Shown here in pieces: positions 41,638 to 50,751 of a DNA stretch of 64,000 bases. Position numbers and translations under genes: made by a program. The DNA is from Kiritimatiellia bacterium (lineage in GTDB: Bacteria; Verrucomicrobiota; Kiritimatiellia; JAAZAB01). Under the pieces are notes generated by a model that was not told where the DNA came from, made no database searches, and worked only from the letters and a program-made list of their open reading frames with translations. The DNA is taken from positions 64,001-128,000 of the forward strand of contig JAXGPF010000011.1 of the NCBI GenBank assembly GCA_040767085.1, given 5' to 3'. The first letter of the stretch is position 1. Each line of letters starts with the position of its first letter.

Positions 41638-41906
41638 TTCTTCGCCGGCCTTTCATACTCCGCCCCGCGCGCCCCCTCCAGAAACTCCACAAAATCCGCC
41701 AGCCCGATCCGCACCAGGCTGCCGATCCGGCTCGCCTTCAAATCCCCTTGATCCACCAGCCGGTACACCGTCTGCACGCTCACCCGCAGCGTTGTCGCCG
41801 CCTGCGGCACTGTAATATACAACGCGCTCGTCACCCGGCGCAACTTAATAGTACCATCCGCCTCCGGCGGCAGCTCCTCATAAATCATCGCCCTGTACTT
41901 ACGCAT
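41634..41906 (-). CDS. Excisionase-like HTH DNA-binding protein
   Basis: ITVPQAATTLRVSVQTVYRLV..G.L...RIG...RI. Confidence 0.8.
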   Translation of the reverse strand: MRKYRAMIYEELPPEADGTIKLRRVTSALYITVPQAATTLRVSVQTVYRLVDQGDLKASRIGSLVRIGLADFVEFLEGARGAEYERPAKK

Positions 41907-42249
41907 GGCACCCCCCGAACCCAAACAATAGTTGCTCAAATTTACCAGAAAAACTCTCCGCCAACCTTATCGGCGACGCCAACTCCAATTCCAACTCGAT
42001 ATCCACCTGCACCACCCCCACATACACTCCTTCCGTCCCACGCCGCCTCGCCATCCGCGCCAGCTCCAGATAACAAAGCTCCGTCACCCGCGGCCGCACC
42101 CCCAGCACATCCATCCCCAACTTCCGCGCCAGCTCGCGCGTTGTCGCCGGCCCATATTGCAGCAATCCCAGATACACCCGCAGCCGGTCCCCGCTCACCA
42201 GCCGCCGCTTCTGCGACCAACTCAGATCACGCACATCTTCCGGCTTCAT
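41899..42249 (-). CDS. Winged-HTH protein
   Basis: GPATTRELA...GMDVLGVRPRVTEL. Confidence 0.7.
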   Translation of the reverse strand: MKPEDVRDLSWSQKRRLVSGDRLRVYLGLLQYGPATTRELARKLGMDVLGVRPRVTELCYLELARMARRRGTEGVYVGVVQVDIELELELASPIRLAESFSGKFEQLLFGFGGCHA

Positions 42250-42387
42250 CCCCGCCTCCTCTCGCGTTCTGAACTCCGGCTTATCAGCAGACCTCTGCAA
42301 CACCTCTGCAAATCCGCGTAGGCCAACGATCTCCCCCTGGCCTTGACCTCGGATACCCCCGGAGCTCTCCGCCCGTCCTGGGGCATC

Positions 42388-42885
42388 CTACAGCATTTTA
42401 CGCCGCCGCGCCGCCGCCCGCCGCAAATCGAACACCAACCCCCACACCTGCCGGCAAGACAGCGCATTCAAATCCGCCGTCTTATACCGGCTGCGCGCGA
42501 TAGCCCGCGCATAATCTTCCGGCCGCTCGATCGCATCCGCCGCCGCCGCGCACGCCTTACGCAGATGATACCGCGCCACCCCGATATTCCCTGCCGCCGC
42601 GCCGCGCTCGCACTCCCGCGCCTCATCCAGCCGCCCCAGCATCCGCAGGAAATGCCCCTTCAACCTCGGCCAATCCTCCTGCACGCAACTCCGCAGGAAC
42701 TGCTTATGGCAGGCCTTAAACTGCTCCTCATGCCGCCATGCGTCGAAATCATCCCCGGCCAGCCCCGCCGCGCGCCGCCGCTCATACGCCGGCCGGATCA
42801 GCCGCCCGATCAACAGCCGCCGCTGCTCCCGCGAAAGCCCCGCCATCTCCGACCCCAACACCGCCGCATCCAACGCCGTATTCAT
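42388..42885 (-). CDS. Phage hypothetical protein (GemA-like position)
   Basis: Coupled ORF in the semi-essential region; L..LS..Q...LVFDL C-terminus. Confidence 0.5.
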   Translation of the reverse strand: MNTALDAAVLGSEMAGLSREQRRLLIGRLIRPAYERRRAAGLAGDDFDAWRHEEQFKACHKQFLRSCVQEDWPRLKGHFLRMLGRLDEARECERGAAAGNIGVARYHLRKACAAAADAIERPEDYARAIARSRYKTADLNALSCRQVWGLVFDLRRAAARRRKML

Positions 42886-43118
42886 TGCACCGCCCTTTGC
42901 ACCGCCAGCCAATATCCCAATCCGGCCAAGCCCGCCCGCCGACCAGGTAGGGCGGCCAGTCCCGCCGGCGCGGCCCGCGCCTTGGCCGCCGCTCCGTCCG
43001 CCGCTCCTTCCGTCCCCTTCGTCACTTCCGTCCCTTTCCGTCCAGCCGGCCGCCACGCATCCACCAGGACCGCCCCGGCCAGCCCCGCGATCGCGCTCAG
43101 CATAATTGCCTCAAACAT
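42882..43118 (-). CDS. Small membrane hypothetical protein containing an in-frame REP
   Basis: Overlaps both neighbours; hydrophobic ends; REP at 42947-42990. Confidence 0.5.
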   Translation of the reverse strand: MFEAIMLSAIAGLAGAVLVDAWRPAGRKGTEVTKGTEGAADGAAAKARAAPAGLAALPGRRAGLAGLGYWLAVQRAVQ

Positions 43119-43629
43119 GACCCACCTCCTCCCGGTTCACCTCTACAAAAAACCGTTCCGCCTGTTCCACCCGCAGGCCCAGCGTCCGCAGATCATCCCC
43201 CAGCACCTCCCGATCCGCCAGCAGCGCCTCCTTATCCGGCTCCTCCCGCACCCGCACATAATGCGGCAGATTCGCCTTCAACAGCGCCAGCGCCTTATCC
43301 CACGTCACCCCCTTCACCGTCTTCAACTGCGGCATCCCCGTCCGATACCCCAGCGTGCCATGCACCATGGCCAGCGCCCGCTTCGCAACAAACTCCTCCG
43401 GATGCCCATCCGCCCACACATGCGCCTGCTCCTCCAGCGCCTCATACCGCTGACCCAGCTCCGAAAGCGCCTGCTCGTAATGCGTCCGCACCCGCGCCAG
43501 CTCCTCATTCAGCCGCGCCTGCTGCTCATCCAGCCGCGCCCGCGCCAGGCACATCTCCCGCACCACCTCCTCCACCTGCTCCCGGCTCATCCCCGCCGCC
43601 AACTTTTTTTCAGCCTTGTTCATCGCCAT
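43111..43629 (-). CDS. gam: Mu Gam-like host-nuclease inhibitor
   Basis: Coiled coil, HGTLGYRTGMPQL, VRVREEPDKEALL, G..V.Q.ERFFVE. Confidence 0.88.
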   Translation of the reverse strand: MAMNKAEKKLAAGMSREQVEEVVREMCLARARLDEQQARLNEELARVRTHYEQALSELGQRYEALEEQAHVWADGHPEEFVAKRALAMVHGTLGYRTGMPQLKTVKGVTWDKALALLKANLPHYVRVREEPDKEALLADREVLGDDLRTLGLRVEQAERFFVEVNREEVGHV

Positions 43630-43679
43630 CTCCTTGAATCTCAATCTCAAATCTTAAATTTTAAATCTCAAATTTCCCT

Positions 43680-44672
43680 TTACACCTTCCGTTCCACCGG
43701 GCAGAGCGCCCGCACCGCCGCCTCCACCAGGTCCGCCGAAAGCTCCGCCCCATCGTCATCCGCATTCATCCGCGCCAGCTCCACCGCATCCGCCAGCGCC
43801 CGCAGATTCCCATGCTTGCGCAGCGCCGGCGTCAACGCCCGCGCCGCCACCCGCGCCTCCCCATTCCCGCCCAGCGCCAGCTTCAGATACGCCGCCACAT
43901 CCTCCTCCGTCACCCCGTTCACCCAGCGGTTCTCGATCGGCTTCAGACTCCGCCCGATCAACTGCTGCGCCTCCGCATGCGCCTCGCTCGATCCATTCAC
44001 CAGCCGGTTAAACGCCGTCGGATACGTCCCCAGGACGAACTTCCCGCGCGTATCATCAATCAGGTGCTTCACCAACTTCATCGCCAGCACCCCGCCCTCG
44101 TGCATATCGTCCAGCAGCAGCGTCAGCGCGTTCAGCTTCAACGTCTCGATCACATTCCCGAACGTCGCCGCCGCCCCCGCCTCCTCCGTCGCCCCCACCG
44201 CCCGCGCCAATGCCCGCGCGATCACCGGCATACTATCCTTCGCCCCCCGGTTAAAATGCAGATACACCGCCGCCAGCCGGTTCTGCCGCGCCAGCGCCTG
44301 CATGCTCCAGCTCTTGCCCACCCCCGTCGGCGCGATCAACCACGCGCAACGCCGATCCGACCGCTGCCCCTGCAGCGTGTCATACACCTGCTGACCGTAC
44401 CGCGCGATCGGCAGCTCCTCGAAAAACTCCGCCAGGTCAATCGTCCCCTCCACCTCCGAGACCATTGCCGAGAGCTTCTTCACCCACTTCTCCAGCGCTG
44501 CCCCCATTTCGTCATACGCCCGCGCGCAGAGCCGATTCCGCCACGTCTTCGCGCTCCCCAGGTGCCGCTGATACCGCGCCGCAAACCGCACATCGCTCAA
44601 CCGCAGCGCCGCCTGGTGCTTCTCCAGCCGCTCCACCAACTGATCCAGCTTCCCTTGCAACTCCGTCATCAC
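43680..44672 (-). CDS. MuB-like transposition AAA+ ATPase
   Basis: APTGVGKS Walker A, LLLDD Walker B, HGNLRAL; upstream of gam. Confidence 0.8.
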   Translation of the reverse strand: MMTELQGKLDQLVERLEKHQAALRLSDVRFAARYQRHLGSAKTWRNRLCARAYDEMGAALEKWVKKLSAMVSEVEGTIDLAEFFEELPIARYGQQVYDTLQGQRSDRRCAWLIAPTGVGKSWSMQALARQNRLAAVYLHFNRGAKDSMPVIARALARAVGATEEAGAAATFGNVIETLKLNALTLLLDDMHEGGVLAMKLVKHLIDDTRGKFVLGTYPTAFNRLVNGSSEAHAEAQQLIGRSLKPIENRWVNGVTEEDVAAYLKLALGGNGEARVAARALTPALRKHGNLRALADAVELARMNADDDGAELSADLVEAAVRALCPVERKV

Positions 44673-44699
44673 ACACCTCCACGCACGTTTAAAAAAACC

Positions 44700-45068
44700 C
44701 TACACCTCCAACAACTCCATCCTGCTCCGTATCCGCACCTCACGCCGACGGGACGTCGGCGCCACGTCCTGCAAGTCCGCGCCCCCGTTCCCCGTAGGAG
44801 TCCGGCTTTGCCGGACGACCGCCACCCCCACCACGTCCACCACCTCATCCCCCCTTAGCGTCCTTAGCGTCCTTCGCGGTTTATCTTCCTCCTCTCCTAA
44901 ATCTGCGTTAATCTGCGTAATCTGCGGATTCCTTCCGCCATCCGCCCGCAGCACATTCCCCTGGCCATCCCGCGCCTCATCCACCGCCCGCCCGGGCCGA
45001 CCCTGCGCGCCCGCGCACCGGTACGCGCTCCGGAACGCCTGGTGGAACCGCTTCCGCCGCGCCACGCA
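44700..45068 (-). pseudogene. Probable C-terminal remnant of MuA transposase
   Basis: Open frame with no proper start directly upstream of MuB; cut at 45068; assignment is positional only. Confidence 0.5.
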
Positions 45069-46060
45069 GGGAAAAAGGGTCAGTCCGTGATTCTTGGTGT
45101 TTTCGTGGCTTCGTGAGAGATAAAATTCTGTTTCCCGGACTTGTTCACGCCAGGCTTCGGCGCGGCACGCCCGCCTACGACACAGATCATCAGATGCCGA
45201 ACACCGTTCGGCTACTACATCGGCGGAAATGGCGGCGGCCTTGCCGGGAAATGTGATTAAAACAAGCCCTTCGTGTGCTTCGTGTCCTTCGTGGTTAATC
45301 TTGATGCTGAATGTCTACCGTCGCCTGTCGAAGATAGTGGTCATGTCTAAATTTATAACATTTCCAATTCAGCCCGCCAGCCTTTCCGCCATGCCCGGCA
45401 CAGGCAGGCGGATGGCGCCCTGGGCGCATCTGCAATTCCGGGATGACACTCCGAATTATTTATGATTAGCAATGAGGCATGAATGCGAATACGCCGGAAC
45501 CTGCGCCCCCACCCCATCCTCTGGAACCAGTAATTCCGCCTCCACGGCGGCCGTTTAACGAAATCTCCGTGCTGTTCCCCTTGCTGGCGTTTTATACAGT
45601 CGCCTACCTGGGGCTGACGGCGGCGGATTTCGCGCTCCAGCAAACGCAATGGGAAAAAGGGTCAGTCCGTGATTCTTGGTGTTTTCGTGGCTTCGTGAGA
45701 GATAAAATTCTGTTTCCCGGACTTGTTCACGCCAGGCTTCGGCGCGGCACGCCCGCCTACGACACAGATCAGCAGATGCCGAACACAGTTCGGCTACTAC
45801 ATCGGCGGAAATGGCGGCGGCCTTGCCGGGAAATGTGATTAAAACAAGCCCTTCGTGTGCTTCGTGTCCTTCGTGGTTAATCTTGATGCTGAATGTCTAC
45901 CGTCGCCTGTCGAAGATAGTGGTCATGTCTAAATTTGTAACATTTCCAATTCAGTCCGCCAGGCTTTCCGCCATGCCCGGCACAGGCAGGCGGATGGCTC
46001 CCTGGACGCATCTGCAATTCCGGGATGACACTCCGAATTATTTATGATTAGCAATGAGGC

Positions 46061-46598
46061 ATGAATGCGAATACGCCGGAACCTGCGCCCCCACCCCATC
46101 CGTCGGAACCGGTATTGCCGCCTCCACGGCGGCCGTTTAACGAAATCTCCGTGCTGTTCCCCTTGCTGGCGTTTTATACAGTCGCCTACCTGGGGCTGAC
46201 GGCGGCGGATTTCGCGCTCCAGCAAACACTGGAACTGCCGGACGGCATGATGCCGCTCTATATCGCCTTGCTCGGCGCGTACGCGGCAGACAAGGAAATC
46301 CGGCGCTGGCTGGGCACGCCGGAACTCCCGCGCAAGGGCACGGTCTTCGTCTACCTCTGGCTGTTGCTGTTTCTGGCTTTTTACATGATCCACGTATTCC
46401 AGCCGGATTTACGGCTGCCGGGCCATCTGCTGCCAGTCTGCCTCCAGGTACTGGGGATTTTCTTCGGCAGCAAGGCTTCCAAGCATGTCTTTGCCGGCCA
46501 GACCAGCCGCAGCGCGAAGAATTCCGAACAGGAACGCCAGGTTTTGGAGTTGCTGGCCGCCAGGGGCAAGCTGACCCGGAAGATGCTGGCCGACGAAA
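46061..46598 (+). pseudogene. 4TM + winged-HTH protein, copy 2 (C-terminally truncated)
   Basis: Four hydrophobic segments, YAADKEIRRW; breaks at KMLADE. Confidence 0.75.
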
Positions 46599-46932
46599 GG
46601 GGAAAAGGGTCAGTCCGTGATTCTTGGCGTCTTCGTGGCTTCGTGAGAGATAAAATTCTGTTTCCCGGACTTGTTCACGCCAGGCTTCGGCGCGGCACGC
46701 CCGCCTACGACACAGATCAGCAGATGCCGAACACAGTTCGGCTACTACATCGGCGGAAATGGCGGCGGCCTTGCCGGGAAATGTGATTAAAACAAGCCCT
46801 TCGTGTGCTTCGTGTCCTTCGTGGTTAATCTTGATGCTGAATGTCTACCGTCGCCTGTCGAAGATAGTGGTCATGTCTAAATTTGTAACATTTCCAATTC
46901 AGTCCGCCAGGCTTTCCGCCATGCCCGGCACA

Positions 46933-47534
46933 CACGGCGGCCGTTTAACGAAATCTCCGTGCTGTTCCCCTTGCTGGCGTTTTATACAGTCGCCTACCTG
47001 GGGCTGACGGCGGCGGATTTCGCGCTCCAGCAAACACTGGAACTGCCGGACGGCATGATGCCGCTCTATATCGCCCTGCTCGGCGCGTACGCGGCGGACA
47101 AGGAAATCCGGCGCTGGCTGGGCACGCCGGAACCCCCGCGCAAGGGCACGGTCTTCGTCTACCTCTGGCTGTTGCTGTTTCTGGCTTTTTACATGATCCA
47201 CGTATTCCAGCCGGATTTACGGCTGCCGGGCCATCTGCTGCCAGTCTGCCTCCAGGTACTGGGGATTTTCTTCGGCAGCAAGGCTTCCAAGCATGTCTTT
47301 GCCGGCCAGACCAGCCGCAGCGCGAAGAATTCCGAACAGGAACGCCAGGTTTTGGAGTTGCTGGCCGCCAGGGGCAAGCTGACCCGGAAGATGCTGGCCG
47401 ACGAACTGGGGATTTCAGCCGTCAGCGCCTGGCGGATTTTAAACGGCCTCGTCAATAGTGGATTGCTGGTCAAGCAAGGGACCGGCAGGGGAACATATTA
47501 TGCCCGGCCGGGCGCGCCGACGTCCGGCGCTTGA
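46933..47534 (+). pseudogene. 4TM + winged-HTH protein, copy 3 (native start deleted; possible GTG restart at 46959)
   Basis: LTRKMLADELGISAVSAWRILNGLVNSGLLVKQGTGRGTYY wHTH. Confidence 0.75.
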
Positions 47535-47542
47535 TCCCCATT

Positions 47543-47697
47543 CGTTTCATTTGCGTTTCAAATACGTTTCATTTGCGTTTCATATCGTTTCAAATACGTT
47601 TCTTTGCGTTTCATTTGCGTTTCTTTACGTTTCATTTTCGTTTCATTTGCGTTTCATTTGCGTTTCATTGCGTTTCATTGCGTTTCAAATACGTTTC
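47543..47697 (+). repeat. Array of 15 CGTTTC cores at 10-11 bp spacing
   Basis: Counted directly; mean period 149/14 = 10.6 bp. Confidence 0.95.
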
Positions 47698-48364
47698 AGT
47701 AGCATCCTATAGGAAACCGCTTTATTATCTCGCAAAGCCGCAAAGAAGATGCGGATAATTTACCACGGAACCTTTTTTATCCACAGATTACGCAGATTTT
47801 CGGCCATAAAGAAGATGGGTATTGTTTACCACAGAGACGGATGAGCGGATGGAGGGATTAGCCATCCGCCTTCGCTCGGATGCTATGGCGGACACAGCCC
47901 GCCTTCGCTCAAGCTACGGCGGGCAAGCACAGGCATAGAAAAGAGCATAGACGTATTGGACTTGAATGGGATGCCGCGCTGTCCGCCAGGCGGACAGGGA
48001 TCGGTTGGCACGCTGATACGCGAATCAATTCGGGTATAAGCGTGTCAGCCGGTCCATCAGACCGGCAGATGCCGGTCCGGCGCGGCAATTGGCAATACAT
48101 CTGGTCATTTTGCCCATTTTGAGTATTTCTGGATCTGTTTTAATTGTAAATTGAATGAATCTTTGTGCCTTTGTGTCTTTGTGTGAGTATTTTTGGATCT
48201 GTTAAATTGTAACCAGCGCCTTCAGCGTGCTCGCTATCCGCGCCGGTAGCCTGAACGCAACTTGTCGGGCGGGATCCGAGATGCCAAGGCGAATGCCAGG
48301 ATATACATACTACCAGCCATATATCTATATTGACATCTGGCGGAATGACTGTTAGGTTGTATAC

Positions 48365-48460
48365 ATGACATACCGCGGAAACGTTATCCGCATTATCGGA
48401 GCCGGCTACTGGCGGAAAGGAAAGCAAATTTATGAAAAACAAAATCCAATATACAGATGA
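48365..48460 (+). pseudogene. C-terminal remnant of BrnT-like toxin
   Basis: TYRGNVIRIIGAGYWRKGKQIYE overlapping the antitoxin start. Confidence 0.7.
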
Positions 48461-48698
48461 GCCAATGGGTGATTTGAAGGTCGTCAGGGACTTCCTGCCT
48501 CCTCCCCATGAGCTGGTTATGGAGGAAGACACGGTCAAGGTGACTATCGGATTGAGCCGCGCCAGCGTCGAGTTCTTCAAGCGCGAGGCGCGCCGGAATC
48601 AAACCGCCTACCAGAAAATGATCCGACGGCTGCTGGATATATATGCTTCACGCTATGAGCATGAAGCCACAAACAGCGGCGGCCCCGTACGGCGTTAA
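48432..48698 (+). CDS. BrnA/CopG-like ribbon-helix-helix antitoxin
   Basis: DFLPPP.EL, VKVTIGLS..SVEFFK..A....YQKMIR.LLD.Y. Confidence 0.8.
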   Translation: MKNKIQYTDEPMGDLKVVRDFLPPPHELVMEEDTVKVTIGLSRASVEFFKREARRNQTAYQKMIRRLLDIYASRYEHEATNSGGPVRR

Positions 48699-48795
48699 CT
48701 GCCCCGCCGGCGCGCCGTAACGCTCGCTGGCTTGGTTGGTTTCCTGCCAATCTTGCAGCGGAGGCGCCGCACTGGGCGTTTCCCGTTGTTCGCGG

Positions 48796-50034
48796 CTAAT
48801 AACAGGCGCCGGCGACTGCGCCGGTCATCAGGCAGGCCAGGGTGGCCGCCAACAAGGCTCGCGGCCCCGCCGCCACCACGTCCGCCCGGCGCGCCGGCGC
48901 CAGCGCCGCGATCCCGCCCACGAAAATCGCCATCGAAGCTACATGCGCAAACCCGCATAAGGCATAGGCGATGATCACGCCGGAACGCGGATGCGCCAGC
49001 GCGCCGGTCCGCAGCGCCTCCGCCAGGGCCTGGTACGCCGGCACTTCCGTGGCCACGAGCCGCATCCCAAAAAGTTTGCCAGCAAGGACGGCGTCTTCCG
49101 GCGGCACACCGATCACCAGCGCCAGCGGTGTGAAGACGCGCCCCAGTACGCCTTCTAATGTCAGGGTCAATCCCGCCGCCCGGCCCAGCCAGCCCAGCAG
49201 CCAGTCCCCCACCGCCAGCAGGCTCAGGAACGCGATCAGCAAGGCGCAGATGCCGAACACCAATTGCATGCCGGCCTGCGCGCCGCCGACCACCGCGTCC
49301 AGCGCGCTGGCATCGGCGGACGGCTCCAGGGGCACCCGGGTTCCCAGCGTCTCCGGCGTCTGGCGTTCCGGCAGTAGCAGCTTGGACATCACCAGCGCAG
49401 CCGGCGCGGAGATGATCGAAGCGGAAATGAGATGCCCGGCGATCCCCGGCAGGACGTCCTTCAGCAGCATGACATACAATCCCAGCATGCTGGAGGCCAC
49501 CGTCGCCATCCCGGCCGTCAGGATCGTGCATAATTCCGACCGGGTCATCCGATCCAGGTAGGGCCGGACGGCGGTGACGGATTCGATCCCGACAAAGATA
49601 TTGCTGGCCACGCACAGGCTTTCCGCGCCGCTGACCCGCATCAATCGCGTAAAGACCGCGGCAAACATCCGGATCAGCCAGGGCATGACGCGCCAGTAAT
49701 ACAGGAGGCCCATCAGCGCTGAAAAGAAAATAATCACCGGCAGCGCCTGAAACGCCAGGATGAAGCCCACCGGGCAGTCCGATCCGCCCAGGCTACCGAA
49801 CACGAATTTCGACCCGGCCTGCGCGGTCTGCACCAGCCTGATCACCAGGTCGTTCAAAATTTCAAAAAAGCGGCGGCTGCCCGGCGCCTTGAAGACCAGC
49901 AGCGCCAGCGCCAGTTGCAGCCCCGTGCCCCACCAGATCACCCGCCAGGCTGCCGGCCGGCGCGCCCGGCCGATCAGCCAGGCCAGCCCTATCAAGACTA
50001 TTATCCCCGCCAGACTAATACACCGGCTTAACAT
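48796..50034 (-). CDS. Concentrative nucleoside transporter (NupC/CNT family)
   Basis: AFQALPVIIFFSAL, SGAESL..ASNIFVG, GMATVA, YALCGFA. Confidence 0.92.
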   Translation of the reverse strand: MLSRCISLAGIIVLIGLAWLIGRARRPAAWRVIWWGTGLQLALALLVFKAPGSRRFFEILNDLVIRLVQTAQAGSKFVFGSLGGSDCPVGFILAFQALPVIIFFSALMGLLYYWRVMPWLIRMFAAVFTRLMRVSGAESLCVASNIFVGIESVTAVRPYLDRMTRSELCTILTAGMATVASSMLGLYVMLLKDVLPGIAGHLISASIISAPAALVMSKLLLPERQTPETLGTRVPLEPSADASALDAVVGGAQAGMQLVFGICALLIAFLSLLAVGDWLLGWLGRAAGLTLTLEGVLGRVFTPLALVIGVPPEDAVLAGKLFGMRLVATEVPAYQALAEALRTGALAHPRSGVIIAYALCGFAHVASMAIFVGGIAALAPARRADVVAAGPRALLAATLACLMTGAVAGACY

Positions 50035-50149
50035 TTACAGCGCTCCTTCCCTATGATATTCGCGCAACATACAGGCATGCAAAATTGCGGATATGGGATT
50101 TTTAACGCAAAGCGCGGCAATATGCAATCAGGGAAAGGGGAAGGACGCG

Positions 50150-50360
50150 CTCACCCTGCTCCGTCAGACTACGCAGGGCAAGCAGTGGCCGTGCCCGCCG
50201 CAGCCAGGCGTAGGCGGGCGTCGCTACAGGGGCGGAATCCGGAATGCGCCACACCCCGCTCCGTCAGACTACGCAGGGCAAGCCCTACTTCGTCAGACTA
50301 CGCAGGATAAACAGTGGCCGTGCCCGCCGCAGCCAGGCGTAGGCGGGCGACGCTACAGTC
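50150..50360. repeat. REP-like composite repeats
   Basis: 3x CGTCAGACTACGCAGG and 2x CAGTGGCCGTGCCCGCCGCAGCCAGGCGTAGGCGGGCGnCGCTACAG. Confidence 0.8.
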
Positions 50361-50565
50361 AGACGCCCTCGGGAAGTTTGGACGACATCATTGCCCGGCG
50401 GTTGAATTTTCGGCCATCCGCCACGAACGTTCCATCGCCCACGGCATGGATGGTTCGCTGTTCCGGGCGCGCTGGATTGACATAGGCGGCAAGGCCTTCA
50501 AGCACGACGATATTGTGCTTCCCGATGATATCTAAAACCTTGCATTCGATATTCGCCAGGCATTC
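50359..50565 (-). pseudogene. 3' half of flavin reductase family gene
   Basis: ECLANIECKVLDIIGKHNIVVLEG...TIHAVGDGTF...KLPEGV*; in frame with 54305..54643. Confidence 0.85.
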
Positions 50566-50751
50566 TGAGCAGGATCGGAGTAATTGATGTTTTTCCGGGT
50601 TGTTTGAGTCACGCTAAGTGATGGACGTGGGCAAGCGTCCATCAGATAAAGTGCTTCTTTTTGCTCCCCTTGATTTTTGAGCATGCGGTAGCCTGCTGCG
50701 TCAGCAGCGGGGGCGCTGCCTCCTTGCAGCGTGCCGTGGGCGATTTCGTTT

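Larger units (their letters stand above)
25836..45068 (-). mobile_element. Mu-like (transposable) siphovirus prophage, one end present, early end truncated
   Basis: MuB-like ATPase, Gam, MuF, gpG, protease I, capsid, gp36, tail tube/chaperone/tape measure; TG terminus at 25836 inside a host gene. Confidence 0.9.
45069..47534 (+). repeat. Three staggered partial copies of one segment (starts 45069, 45651, 46599)
   Basis: Each begins GGGAAAA(A)GGGTCAGTCCGTGATTC-like; offsets 582 and 948; copy 3 lacks 140 bp. Confidence 0.92.

Noticed and set aside
47531-47758. ORFs over the CGTTTC array (47458..47712, 47531..47758)
   Set aside because: Low-complexity translations of the repeat; mixed 10/11 periods argue against coding
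50150-50360. Possible CRISPR array
   Set aside because: Irregular spacing, the inter-repeat sequences are themselves repeated, and there are no cas genes; it fits REP composites
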